A stretch of DNA of 64,000 nt, taken from positions 96,001-160,000 of the forward strand of contig JBFOMH010000009.1 in assembly GCA_040830765.1 (NCBI GenBank). The letters run 5' to 3'. Source of the stretch: Puniceicoccaceae bacterium. GTDB lineage: Bacteria; Verrucomicrobiota; Verrucomicrobiia; Opitutales; Oceanipulchritudinaceae. Under the pieces are notes generated by a model. It saw only the letters and a program-made list of their open reading frames with translations, did no database searches and was not told the DNA's origin. A program made the translations under genes and the position numbers. This document shows positions 1 to 9,002 of this stretch, piece after piece (the stretch's first letter is position 1; each line of letters opens with the position of its first letter).

Positions 1-64
1 CAATCCGGAATCCGGTCGCATCGACACAACCCTTGCTAGCCTCACTATATTTGAATCCGTTCAT
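1..64 (-). CDS. argJ: N-terminus of probable bifunctional ornithine acetyltransferase ArgJ (partial, runs off window)
   Basis: ATG at 64 reads MNGFKYSEASKGCVDATGFRI, resembling the ArgJ N-terminal 'GGV.ap.GF.a' motif; lies 18 nt downstream of argC (common argC-argJ order). Only 21 codons visible. Confidence 0.6.
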   Translation of the reverse strand, partial: MNGFKYSEASKGCVDATGFRI

Positions 65-82
65 GATTGATGCCCCCTACGC

Positions 83-1105
83 TCAGGTAAGACCGGCGAA
101 CTCAGGCCAGCCCAGCTTGAGGTTCATGATTTGTACCGCCTGGCCGCTGGCTCCCTTCATCAGGTTGTCCTCGGCACTGGTGATAATGAGGTTCCCGGTC
201 CGGTTATCGGCATAGGCCGAAAACTCAACCCGATTCCGGCCGAGGACAGTGCGTGTCTCCGGTGCCTTGCCAGAAGGGAGGATGCGGACACCAGGCCGTC
301 CCTCATAGGCCCGCTGCCAGCTGGAATAGATCTCGAGCACTCCTGCATGGCAGGGAACGACAATTGTCGTCGCAATCCCCCGCATCATGGGCACCAGGTG
401 GGGGGTGAATTGAACAACAACCGGTTTGCCGGCAGCTTCCGAAAGTTGTTCCTCGATTTCCGACAAGTGCCGATGCTGGCCAATCCCGTAGGCGACCGCA
501 CTCTCACTGCGCTCACAGTAGCTGTAAAACAGGCTTTCCTTTTTACCTGCGCCGGAAACCCCGCTCATGGAATTGATGACGATCCCGTCCGTAGACAGGA
601 TACCATCCTTTATCAGCGGAAGCAGTGGGAGCAGGATACTGGTTGGATAGCAGCCCGGACAGGCGATTAGCGAGGATTTCTCCCAGCCCTCGGACGTGAA
701 CTCCGGAAGGACATAGGGCGCCTTGGCCAGCCACTGCGGTTCCGGATGGGGTTTGCCATAATAGGACTCATAAACCTCCGGTGAGTTCAGCCGGAAGTCC
801 GCGCTGAGGTCGATGACAGTGCGGCCCGCATCCACCAGCTTGAGAGCATACTCAGCCGCTACCCCATGGGGAAGAGCCAGGAACCACACGTCCACCTTCT
901 CCTTGGCCAGCCCTTCGGCACTGGCCGGAAGAAAGGTCAAGTCCCCTACCACGCCGACAAGCCGTGGGAGCACGGAATCGACTCGTTGTCCGGCGTGGGA
1001 CCGCGAAGCGACGACCAGCCGCTCAACATGCGGATGTTTTGCCAAAATCTCCAGCAGGACTTCCCCGGAATACCCGGATGCCCCGACGATACCAATTGTC
1101 TGCAT
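83..1105 (-). CDS. argC: N-acetyl-gamma-glutamyl-phosphate reductase
   Basis: GASGYSG, DLSADFR, PGCYPT, SGVSGAG, DNLMKGASGQA motifs. Confidence 0.97.
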   Translation of the reverse strand: MQTIGIVGASGYSGEVLLEILAKHPHVERLVVASRSHAGQRVDSVLPRLVGVVGDLTFLPASAEGLAKEKVDVWFLALPHGVAAEYALKLVDAGRTVIDLSADFRLNSPEVYESYYGKPHPEPQWLAKAPYVLPEFTSEGWEKSSLIACPGCYPTSILLPLLPLIKDGILSTDGIVINSMSGVSGAGKKESLFYSYCERSESAVAYGIGQHRHLSEIEEQLSEAAGKPVVVQFTPHLVPMMRGIATTIVVPCHAGVLEIYSSWQRAYEGRPGVRILPSGKAPETRTVLGRNRVEFSAYADNRTGNLIITSAEDNLMKGASGQAVQIMNLKLGWPEFAGLT

Positions 1106-1135
1106 AAATTTGAAAGTTGAGGATTATCAGAGTGG

Positions 1136-1195
1136 AAAAACAAAAAGGGCCCTTTCTTCGACGGCAGGCGACTGCCGAGGAAGAAAGGACCCTTT
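1136..1195 (-). terminator. Long intrinsic terminator-like hairpin downstream of rpsI
   Basis: Minus strand AAAGGGTCCTTTCTTCCTCGGCAG-TCGC-CTGCCGTCGAAGAAAGGGCCCTTT followed by TTGTTTTT. Confidence 0.75.
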
Positions 1196-1229
1196 GCAAA
1201 AGGTTTCGAAGCCTCGATAACAGAACGCC

Positions 1230-1631
1230 TTAGCGCTTGCTGAACTGGAAGCGCTTGCGCGCACCCGGTTGTCCAGCCTTCTTGCGCTCACGTCGTCGAG
1301 GGTCGCGCTTCAGGTGGCCTGCCTTCTTGAGGGGGCTCCGCAGCTCGCTGTCATACTTCTCCAGGGCCCGGGCGAGGCCGTGGGCAACCGCTGTAGCCTG
1401 CCCGTTCGGGCCGCCACCCTGCACCTTGGCTATGACGTCCATCTTTCCCTTGAGGTCGACCGTAACGAGCGGTCCCTCCGCCGTCCGGGCAAGGGTTTCA
1501 AAATAGCAGTAGGTTTCCATGTCCTTCCCGTTGACAGTGAAGGATCCGGTTCCATTCGGGATCAGGCGAACCCGCGCCGTGGACCGCTTACGCCGTCCGG
1601 TGGCAGTGATAACTGTAGCTGTTTCCGTCAT
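1230..1631 (-). CDS. rpsI: 30S ribosomal protein S9
   Basis: TGRRKRSTARV, GGGPNGQA, ERKKAGQPGARKRFQFSKR. Confidence 0.99.
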   Translation of the reverse strand: MTETATVITATGRRKRSTARVRLIPNGTGSFTVNGKDMETYCYFETLARTAEGPLVTVDLKGKMDVIAKVQGGGPNGQATAVAHGLARALEKYDSELRSPLKKAGHLKRDPRRRERKKAGQPGARKRFQFSKR

Positions 1632-1650
1632 CTTGAGAGAAAATTATCGG

Positions 1651-2079
1651 TTAGGCGCTGTAGGGCACCGGGTTTTGTGATTCGTGCGGATGCTCGGCAC
1701 CAGCGTAGATCTTGAGCTTCTTCATCTGGGCCCGGCCAAGACGGTTTCTGGGCATCATGCCCTTGACGGCATGCTCGATGATGAATTCGGGCCGACGCTC
1801 ACGGAAGTCCTTGATGCCCACATACTTCTCGTTGCCAAAGTAACCACTGTAGAACATGTACTTCTTCTGCTCCTCCTTGCGGCCCGTCACCACCACCTTT
1901 TCGGCGTTGGTCACAATGACGAAGTCACCCGTATCGGTGTGGGGAGTGTAAGTCGGGCGGTGCCGACCCCTTAGAATATTCGCGATCTGAACCGCGAGGC
2001 GGCCGAGGACCTGCCCTTCAGCGTCGATCACGTACCACTTGGGTTCTACTTCACCTTGTTTTGCCAGATAGCTTTTCAT
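1651..2079 (-). CDS. rplM: 50S ribosomal protein L13
   Basis: WYVIDAEGQVLGRLA, YTPHTDTGDFVIV, KLKIYAGAEHPH. Confidence 0.99.
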   Translation of the reverse strand: MKSYLAKQGEVEPKWYVIDAEGQVLGRLAVQIANILRGRHRPTYTPHTDTGDFVIVTNAEKVVVTGRKEEQKKYMFYSGYFGNEKYVGIKDFRERRPEFIIEHAVKGMMPRNRLGRAQMKKLKIYAGAEHPHESQNPVPYSA

Positions 2080-2097
2080 CGTCCGAAAAAAGGAAGC

Positions 2098-2125
2098 ACC
2101 GTAGATTTCACCCCACCCCTGTCAA
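2098..2125 (-). promoter_or_regulatory. Putative sigma70-type promoter of rplM-rpsI
   Basis: TTGACA-N16-TACGGT, 18 nt upstream of the ATG. Confidence 0.6.
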
Positions 2126-2138
2126 CTTAATTTGTCGG

Positions 2139-2177
2139 AAAAAGAAAAGGCGCGCTCCCGCGAGGAAGCGCGCCTTT
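2139..2177 (-). terminator. Intrinsic terminator of the TorF porin gene
   Basis: AAAGGCGCGCT-TCCTCGCGGG-AGCGCGCCTTT then TCTTTTT on the minus strand. Confidence 0.8.
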
Positions 2178-2197
2178 GTGGTTAATTTCGAATTGAT

Positions 2198-2881
2198 TTA
2201 GAATCCGGCAGAGAAGCTGATTCCGTAGGCAAGCTCGTTGTCGTCACCACCGAACATGGTGTCTTCCTCAGAACCATACCAGTTGACACCAACGCTAGCC
2301 GAGGCGTTGTCGGTGAAGGCATGGGTCAAGGCAACACCAAGACCGTAGTAGTACCAGTCGAAGCCGTCAGCGTCAACGTAGCCAAGGTAGGCCGAGAAGT
2401 CGACGGTGCCTTCTTCGCTGATTTCGACGGAGTGACCACCGGAAGCTTCAATTGTCAGAGCTTCGAGGTCGAAGTCGTAGAACACGTAAACCGACGGGCT
2501 CAGCGGAGCTTCGAAGCTCACACCACCGTAGATTTCGAACGTGTTGACGGAATCGAAGAACTCGTCACCAGCATCCGGGTAGGTGTAGTAGGTGAAACCG
2601 AAGTCGGCACTCACCGTTTCACTCAGCCCAACACCGTAACCAGCGTAGAAGTCAACTTCGTTGCCGTATACGGCGTCCACCGGAAGGGCGGCCCAGATAC
2701 CGGCATAGAAGTCACCATAGCTGATGTCGATGGAAGGAGCAAAGTACTCCTCAGCCAACTGGACGCCACGGAAGACATAGTCTGACTCCCAGGCAACAGT
2801 CGTGCTGATGGACAACTCCTGCGCGTTTACCAATGAAGTGCCAGCCACAGCGGCTGCCAGAATTGCAATAGTCTTCTTCAT
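2198..2881 (-). CDS. TorF-family putative outer-membrane porin
   Basis: Signal peptide MKKTIAILAAAVAGTSLVNAQ; SDYVFRGVQL and EVDFYAGY motifs; C-terminal Phe. Start moved to ATG 2881. Confidence 0.85.
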   Translation of the reverse strand: MKKTIAILAAAVAGTSLVNAQELSISTTVAWESDYVFRGVQLAEEYFAPSIDISYGDFYAGIWAALPVDAVYGNEVDFYAGYGVGLSETVSADFGFTYYTYPDAGDEFFDSVNTFEIYGGVSFEAPLSPSVYVFYDFDLEALTIEASGGHSVEISEEGTVDFSAYLGYVDADGFDWYYYGLGVALTHAFTDNASASVGVNWYGSEEDTMFGGDDNELAYGISFSAGF

Positions 2882-3121
2882 TTTATTATCTCGTTTTGTA
2901 GTTGTAGTTATTTTATATATAACCAAAGCAATAGAACATGCTTTCGGGAACAATTGTCAATTAAGAAGTTAAAGCGATTTCCGTTCCAATTTTGGCCGAA
3001 TTTTAACTTTTTTTTATATTTCTGCAGCAATTGGATGATCCTTTTCCAGACCGTGTAAAACGGGCCTTTCCAGAGTGAGAAGTGGATTGTCAAGGTAGCC
3101 AATTTGAATCAAGGTGGGAGA

Positions 3122-4114
3122 ATGACAGAAGCACAAGCAATGAGCGGGACCCTGACGGACCAGCTGACGCAATTAAAGCAGTACACAACCGTCGTCGCGG
3201 ACACGGGAGATTTCGGTTCCATCAAGGCCTATGAGCCACAGGATGCGACAACCAATCCCACCTTGATCTACAAGGCCGTCCAGATGGAAGCCTACATGCC
3301 ATTGCTTGAAAAGGCGGCGGAAATGGCGGAGAAGGAAGGCAGTCACGGAACCGTCCTGGTGGAAAGTGTATTGGACCATTTGCTCGTTCTCTTTGGGAAG
3401 GAAATACTCGATATCATCCCGGGTCGCGTTTCCACCGAAGTGGATGCCCGGCTCTCTTTCGATGTTGAGGGGACAATCTCCAAGGCCCGTCACATTATCC
3501 AACTATTCGACAACCAGGGTATCGACCGGGAGCGGGTACTGATCAAGATCGCCTCGACCTGGGAGGGCCTCCAGGCGGCCGGGCAATTGGAGAAGGAGGG
3601 CATCCACTGCAATCTCACCCTGCTCTTCTCGCTCATTCAAGCCATCACGGCGGCGGATAACGACTGCACCCTCATCAGCCCCTTTGTGGGACGCATCCTC
3701 GACTGGTACAAGGCCGAGACCGGAGCGGATTATGCCGCCCACGACGATCCGGGTGTCCAGTCGGTTACCCAGATTTACCACTACCTGAAGCATCATGACA
3801 TGAAGACCGAGGTCATGGGAGCCAGCTTCCGCAACATTGGGGAAATCCAGGCCCTTGCCGGGTGCGACCTGTTGACCATCAGTCCGGACCTTCTCGAAGA
3901 GCTGAAGAATAACCATGAGCCGCTGGAACGGCAATTGTCGGTAGCCCGCGCCAAGGCGGAACCCATCCAGAAGCTGGATGTCGATGAGAAGACCTTCCGC
4001 TGGCACTTGAACGCGGACCCAATGGCCACAGACAAGCTGGCTGAGGGCATACGCAAGTTTGCCGCGGATACGGAGAATCTCATCGAGCTCATCGAACAGG
4101 AAATCATTGATTAA
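3122..4114 (+). CDS. tal: Transaldolase (TalB type)
   Basis: [48 protein letters not shown]; start 3122 or 3140. Confidence 0.97.
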   Translation: MTEAQAMSGTLTDQLTQLKQYTTVVADTGDFGSIKAYEPQDATTNPTLIYKAVQMEAYMPLLEKAAEMAEKEGSHGTVLVESVLDHLLVLFGKEILDIIPGRVSTEVDARLSFDVEGTISKARHIIQLFDNQGIDRERVLIKIASTWEGLQAAGQLEKEGIHCNLTLLFSLIQAITAADNDCTLISPFVGRILDWYKAETGADYAAHDDPGVQSVTQIYHYLKHHDMKTEVMGASFRNIGEIQALAGCDLLTISPDLLEELKNNHEPLERQLSVARAKAEPIQKLDVDEKTFRWHLNADPMATDKLAEGIRKFAADTENLIELIEQEIID

Positions 4115-4128
4115 TCCGGTCGCCCAAA

Positions 4129-4431
4129 ATGATCATCCATCTGGTCTTTTTTAACATGCTCCCCGAGGCAGAGGGGGCTTCCGGTGAGGAAAATGCACAA
4201 AAACTGGTCACCCAGTTGCGGGAGTTACCTGCAAAGATTCCGGAGATTGTAGAATTGGAGGCAGGATTGGACTTCAGCCGCACTCCCGCCTCCTATGAAG
4301 TGGGCCTGCTGACCAAATTCGCTTCAAAAGCGGATTTGGAAACTTACCGGGTCCATCCTGAGCACCAGAAGGTGGTGGCATTTGTCCAGGCAACAACAGC
4401 CAGCCGGGCGGTCACGGATTACGAGATTTAA
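4129..4431 (+). CDS. Dabb family (stress-responsive A/B barrel) protein
   Basis: MIIHLVFF...L.AKIPEI...YRVHPEHQKV...DY pattern, 100 aa. Confidence 0.85.
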   Translation: MIIHLVFFNMLPEAEGASGEENAQKLVTQLRELPAKIPEIVELEAGLDFSRTPASYEVGLLTKFASKADLETYRVHPEHQKVVAFVQATTASRAVTDYEI

Positions 4432-6404
4432 CGCGTTTTCTCGATCAGGAAAATGTGGGCTGGACCGCGCCGCGGGTCCAGCTGGACAAAATTACGTGCG
4501 CCACGCCAGGTGAACTCCGGTTTTGCCGGATCGTAAAGGTCCTTTACGGCAAAGGCCCGGTCCGACCCGATACCCATGTCCTGCAATGGGAGCAGCACAT
4601 GCCCGGACTGGGAGTTGTGCCAGTCGAAATTGACGACCACGAGGATCTGGTCCGAACGGTCTGGAGTCTGCTTAAGGTAGGCCAGAATCCGGTCGTTGTC
4701 CGTTTCCACGAAGCGGATGTTGTTCGTCCGCTGCAGGGAAGGATGCGTCCGACGCAGGTGATTCACACGGGCAATGTCATTCTTGAGGTTGCCCGGCCGG
4801 TCCCAGTCCCAGTTCTTCAGCTCGTACTTCTCGTTGTGATTGTACTCCTCCTTGCCCGGAAACGGCTCATGTTCCATCAACTCAAAGGCTGGTCCGTAAA
4901 TCCCCGTGTTGGATGTCAGGGTGGCAGCGAGAATATAACGGGCCATGAAGGTAGCCCGGTTGCCACGCTGCAGGTCCTCGTGAAGGATATCCGGGGTGTT
5001 GGGCCAGAAATTGGGAATGAAGAATTCCTTAACCTCGGTCTGTGTCAGTTCCTCCAGGTAGGAACGGATCTCCAGGGGATGGTTGCGCCAGGTAAAATAG
5101 GTATATCCCTGGGTGAATCCGGCCTTGGCCAGCCGGTACTTGCGCTTCGGGCGGGTAAAGGCCTCCGCAAGGAAGAGGACCTCCGGGTGCTCCTTTTTCA
5201 ACTCCATGATGCACCAGCGCCAGAATTCCATCGGCTTGGTGTGCGGGTTATCCACCCGGAATATCTTTACCCCGGCATCAATCCAGAAATCGAAAACGCT
5301 TTTCAGCTCAATCCACAGCGCCTTCCAGTCATCGGTCTCGAAGTCAAAGGGAAGAATGTCCTGATACTTTTTGGGCGGGTTCTCGGCATATTGAACCGTT
5401 CCATCCGGGCGCCATTTGAACCATTGGGGATGCTCCTTCACATAGGGATGGTCCGGTGCACATTGGAAGGCGATGTCCATCGCAACCTCCAGACCAAATT
5501 TGTTGGCTTCCTGGAGGAGCTCCTTGAAGTCATCCATGGTGCCCAGTTCCGGGTGGATGGACTTGTGTCCGCCCTCCTCTGCTCCAATGGCCCATGGGCT
5601 CCCGACATCCCCATCAGCGGCCTCAAGTGCATTGTTGCGGCCTTTGCGGAAAACACGGCCAATCGGATGGATCGGCGGGAAATAGACGATGTCGAATCCC
5701 ATCCGGGCTATTTCGGGAAAGCGGCTACAGGCATCCTTGAATGTTCCGTGCCGGGTAACATCATCAGCGCAGGACCGGGGAAAAAACTCATACCAGGTAC
5801 TGAAATAGGCCTTTTCGCGCTCTACGATGAGTTGATATACGGGGCTGCTGGTCTCACGGGAACGATCGGGACAGGCCCGGACGCCATTGAAAAACGCATC
5901 ACTACGGGCCAGTGACACCTTCTGCAACAGGTCCCGGGAATGGTCGCTGAGGAAGGCCGCCCATTCCTTGAGCTGCTTGGCCTGCTTTCCCTTTGCCCGA
6001 GCAGCAGTCTCTTCGACCAGTTTGGCCCCGATATCCAATTCCACGCCAATCTTGGAATCACCACTGTCGGATTTCTTAATGAACCCGATATGCCAGTTGC
6101 GGAAGGGATCCGCCCAACCAATAACCTTGTACTCGTAGAGTCCAATCGCTTCCGGGATAATGGAACCCGCGAATTCATCATTTCCGATATCCTGCAGGGA
6201 AATCTCTTGCCATTTGCGCGACCCCACCGGCCGGAAAGCCAGGACAACGTCCAGATGGTCATGACCATCCGCAATGACGTGGGCAACAACACCCAGTGAT
6301 TCGCCCAACGGCCGCTTGACTGGGAACTGGCCATCCCCAAGGGATGGTGTGACATGGTCGACCACAACACGGGCGGGTCCGGAAAAACGATCAAGTGATT
6401 TCAT
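4428..6404 (-). CDS. glgE: Alpha-1,4-glucan:maltose-1-phosphate maltosyltransferase GlgE (GH13_3)
   Basis: WYEFFPRS, PPIHPIG, RKGRNN, QYAENPPKKYQDI, FRVDNPHTKP, LAEAFTRP, NTPDIL; start set at ATG 6404. Confidence 0.95.
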   Translation of the reverse strand: MKSLDRFSGPARVVVDHVTPSLGDGQFPVKRPLGESLGVVAHVIADGHDHLDVVLAFRPVGSRKWQEISLQDIGNDEFAGSIIPEAIGLYEYKVIGWADPFRNWHIGFIKKSDSGDSKIGVELDIGAKLVEETAARAKGKQAKQLKEWAAFLSDHSRDLLQKVSLARSDAFFNGVRACPDRSRETSSPVYQLIVEREKAYFSTWYEFFPRSCADDVTRHGTFKDACSRFPEIARMGFDIVYFPPIHPIGRVFRKGRNNALEAADGDVGSPWAIGAEEGGHKSIHPELGTMDDFKELLQEANKFGLEVAMDIAFQCAPDHPYVKEHPQWFKWRPDGTVQYAENPPKKYQDILPFDFETDDWKALWIELKSVFDFWIDAGVKIFRVDNPHTKPMEFWRWCIMELKKEHPEVLFLAEAFTRPKRKYRLAKAGFTQGYTYFTWRNHPLEIRSYLEELTQTEVKEFFIPNFWPNTPDILHEDLQRGNRATFMARYILAATLTSNTGIYGPAFELMEHEPFPGKEEYNHNEKYELKNWDWDRPGNLKNDIARVNHLRRTHPSLQRTNNIRFVETDNDRILAYLKQTPDRSDQILVVVNFDWHNSQSGHVLLPLQDMGIGSDRAFAVKDLYDPAKPEFTWRGARNFVQLDPRRGPAHIFLIEKTR

Positions 6405-6435
6405 GGATATTACTCTCCCTGGAAAAGAGAACGGT

Positions 6436-7638
6436 TTAATCAACAAGCGAAGCGTACAAGTCAGCGGTCTGGCGGGCAATATTGGCCCAACTGAAGGTGT
6501 CGACAGCGCGCTCCCGGCCAGCCTTGCCAAATGCCACCATGTTATCCGGTCGGGACATCAACCGGTTGATCTGGCGAGCCAGATCCTTGGAAAAGTGTTC
6601 CGGCTCCAATGGGGTGAATGGAGACTCATGCAGTTGAGCCACCGGAACCAGATATCCCGTGCGGTCATGGACGACCACCTCCGGAATCCCGCCAACCGAT
6701 GAAGCGACGACCGGGGTTTCACAGGCCATCGCCTCAAGGTTGATTATCCCAAACGGCTCGTAGATTGACGGACAGCAGAAGACCGAGGCCCCCGAATAAA
6801 GTTGGATGACCGTCTTCTTGTCGACCATCTCGTCGATCCAGAAAATCCCCTCGCGGTCCTTGCTCGCCTCAGCAACGGCCTGTTTCATCTCGGCAGCAAT
6901 CTCCGGGGTGTCCGGAGCACCGGCACAGAGCACAATCTGGAAGCCCGGATCCATGTGCCTGATGGCATTGACCAGATAGATGATCCCTTTCTGCCGTGTT
7001 ATGCGACCGACAAAAAGAACAAAAGGTTTTTGCGGATCAATCCCGTACTTTTCCAGTGCAGGAGCGGCGTCCACTTTCTGGTACTCGACCGGATCAATTC
7101 CATTGTAAATGATGTGGACCTTCTCCGGATCGACGTTGAACAGTTTCAGGACATCATTGCGGGTTCCTTCAGAAACAGCGATGACCGCATCTGCCATCTC
7201 AATGGCGGTTTTCTCCACCCAGCAACTAAAGTCGTAGCCTCCGCCAAGCTGTTCCCGCTTCCAAGGACGCAAGGGTTCCAGTGAGTGGACAGTTATAACC
7301 AGGGGGATTCCGTAGTTCAGTTTGGCAAAGATACCTCCCAGGTGCGTGTACCAGGTGTGGCAATGAACGAGGTCCGCATCGATATTGCGGGTATTGAAGT
7401 TCAAGCTGCGTTGGGCGGCCCCAAATACACTGGCCAGGCCCTTGGGGCAGGTATAGCCGGTGTTGTCGATTTCCGTGCCGAATACCGAAAGGTCAGGGTC
7501 CGTGACCGACTGATCACCGAAGGCCCGGACCTCGACTGGATGTAATCGGCTCAGCTCGCGGCTGAGGTATTCAACATGGACACCCGCTCCACCATAGGTG
7601 TAGGGCGGATATTCGTTAGTCAGTAGAAGCGCTTTCAT
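6436..7638 (-). CDS. glgA: GT4 actinobacterial-type glycogen synthase / alpha-maltose-1-phosphate synthase (GlgA/GlgM)
   Basis: EYPPYTYGGAGVHV, HTWY, HSLEPLRPWKREQLGGGY, GRITRQKG, EPFGIINLEAMAC. Confidence 0.92.
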   Translation of the reverse strand: MKALLLTNEYPPYTYGGAGVHVEYLSRELSRLHPVEVRAFGDQSVTDPDLSVFGTEIDNTGYTCPKGLASVFGAAQRSLNFNTRNIDADLVHCHTWYTHLGGIFAKLNYGIPLVITVHSLEPLRPWKREQLGGGYDFSCWVEKTAIEMADAVIAVSEGTRNDVLKLFNVDPEKVHIIYNGIDPVEYQKVDAAPALEKYGIDPQKPFVLFVGRITRQKGIIYLVNAIRHMDPGFQIVLCAGAPDTPEIAAEMKQAVAEASKDREGIFWIDEMVDKKTVIQLYSGASVFCCPSIYEPFGIINLEAMACETPVVASSVGGIPEVVVHDRTGYLVPVAQLHESPFTPLEPEHFSKDLARQINRLMSRPDNMVAFGKAGRERAVDTFSWANIARQTADLYASLVD

Positions 7639-8641
7639 TCAATTCCTCCTCCGGAAGTTCATATTCAAGACGGATGCTGAAAATCTTAACCAGCAACAAA
7701 AGGCAGATGACTGTGAGTCCGAGAACCACCCAACCGGTAAAGTCGTGGATATTGCCGAGGTCCATACCAAAAATGACCACATGGTCATTGAGCCCCTCCG
7801 GTCCGTGCCCATAAGCCCATGCCGTCAGGAACAGGCTGCGGAAAATGTTGTTGATGAAGGCAAACAGCATGGCCGTTCCGACCAGAAAGACCTTCTTCCA
7901 AAATTGGGCAAAGTAGACCGAGCCCAGAAACGAACCAGCAAACAGGCAGGCGGTCAGTGAGCGGATACCCGAGCAGGCATCCTCCACTCCCACATCCCCG
8001 AGCGGGAGCTTAAGGACACTTCCCTCCCGAACCACCGCATATCCCAAAAGGTCGAAGGAATGGTAAACCACAATAGCCACCTTGTTCATCAGGAAGGTGC
8101 TGATGGTCTTGTGGACCGCATTGAACATAGGAACTGAAAGCATCCAGATGAGAGCGGGAAACAGGAATAGCATCGCCAGGTGCCAACGCTCCGGGAGCCC
8201 AATCGTCTCACCACCGGCCCGTCGGCCAGAATACAGGTAAGCTCCCCCGAGCAGGATGTTGGCATACCCAAAAGCCAGAAAATTGGAGGCGATCAGGTTC
8301 TGTCCTTCCATGGCCCGGTAGAGCACGCCCAGCAGAAAGGACAACAGCCCTCCCAGAACCATCAACAGCGAAATGGCCTGCAGGCCGCGGTCGACCAGAA
8401 TCAGGGAGCCCTTGGAGGCTCCGTCCTTCGGAGAGCTATCTTCCTCCCCGATCAATCCCCCGGCGATGAGAGGCCAGCGCTCATAAAGGATATAGGCCAC
8501 GAAAAGGGGAACAATAAAGCCGAATGCATACTCATCCCGCAATTTCCACCAGTGGTGCTGGTCCCAGATGAGGAAGAGGGATAATCCAGCGAGGGCGTAG
8601 GCTGCCCATTGCGTGGAAACTGGTAACGAACGGAAATTCAT
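7616..8641 (-). CDS. Exosortase/archaeosortase family transpeptidase
   Basis: Multi-TM protein; [10 protein letters not shown] (Cys), NIFR (Arg), IHDFTG (His) triad; start set at ATG 8641. Confidence 0.88.
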   Translation of the reverse strand: MNFRSLPVSTQWAAYALAGLSLFLIWDQHHWWKLRDEYAFGFIVPLFVAYILYERWPLIAGGLIGEEDSSPKDGASKGSLILVDRGLQAISLLMVLGGLLSFLLGVLYRAMEGQNLIASNFLAFGYANILLGGAYLYSGRRAGGETIGLPERWHLAMLFLFPALIWMLSVPMFNAVHKTISTFLMNKVAIVVYHSFDLLGYAVVREGSVLKLPLGDVGVEDACSGIRSLTACLFAGSFLGSVYFAQFWKKVFLVGTAMLFAFINNIFRSLFLTAWAYGHGPEGLNDHVVIFGMDLGNIHDFTGWVVLGLTVICLLLLVKIFSIRLEYELPEEELNESASTD

Positions 8642-8785
8642 AGGGTAAAAACTTGGCGAACTTGGCAAATGCCGCAACTGAACTCAAGAAAGAATACCAT
8701 GCCGGCGATGGCCTTTACGTTGAGTCTTCCCGGATCGGTTTTTTTTCTTGCCATGCCTGATTTATGTGCCTTCTTTCGACCGCTT

Positions 8786-8974
8786 ATGACAACTGAGGAA
8801 CAACGCCACAAGAACCCTCTTGAGCTGACGCACACGGATGTGGAAATCCTTTCCCGGTTCGTGACGGACACCGGTAAAATCCTGCCGCGCCGCATCACCG
8901 GGCTGACTGCCCGGCAGCAACGCCACATCACCAAGGTAATTAAGCAGGCCCGCAACCTCCTTCTCATGAAGTAA
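8786..8974 (+). CDS. rpsR: 30S ribosomal protein S18 (short, Cys-free)
   Basis: [39 protein letters not shown]; start ATG 8786. Confidence 0.95.
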   Translation: MTTEEQRHKNPLELTHTDVEILSRFVTDTGKILPRRITGLTARQQRHITKVIKQARNLLLMK

Positions 8975-9002
8975 GGTGCTCCTGCGCTAACCGGTGGTTT
9001 CC

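Noticed and set aside
2925..2950. Sigma54 promoter upstream of the TorF gene
   Set aside because: TTGC is present but the invariant GG at -24 with correct spacing is missing
8669..8785. Long N-terminal extension of S18 in the ORF track (also extensions of glgE, TorF, astB, cimA, the aminotransferase, thiE, DUF4340)
   Set aside because: Longest-ORF artefacts that overlap neighbouring genes or promoters; downstream ATGs fit family N-termini
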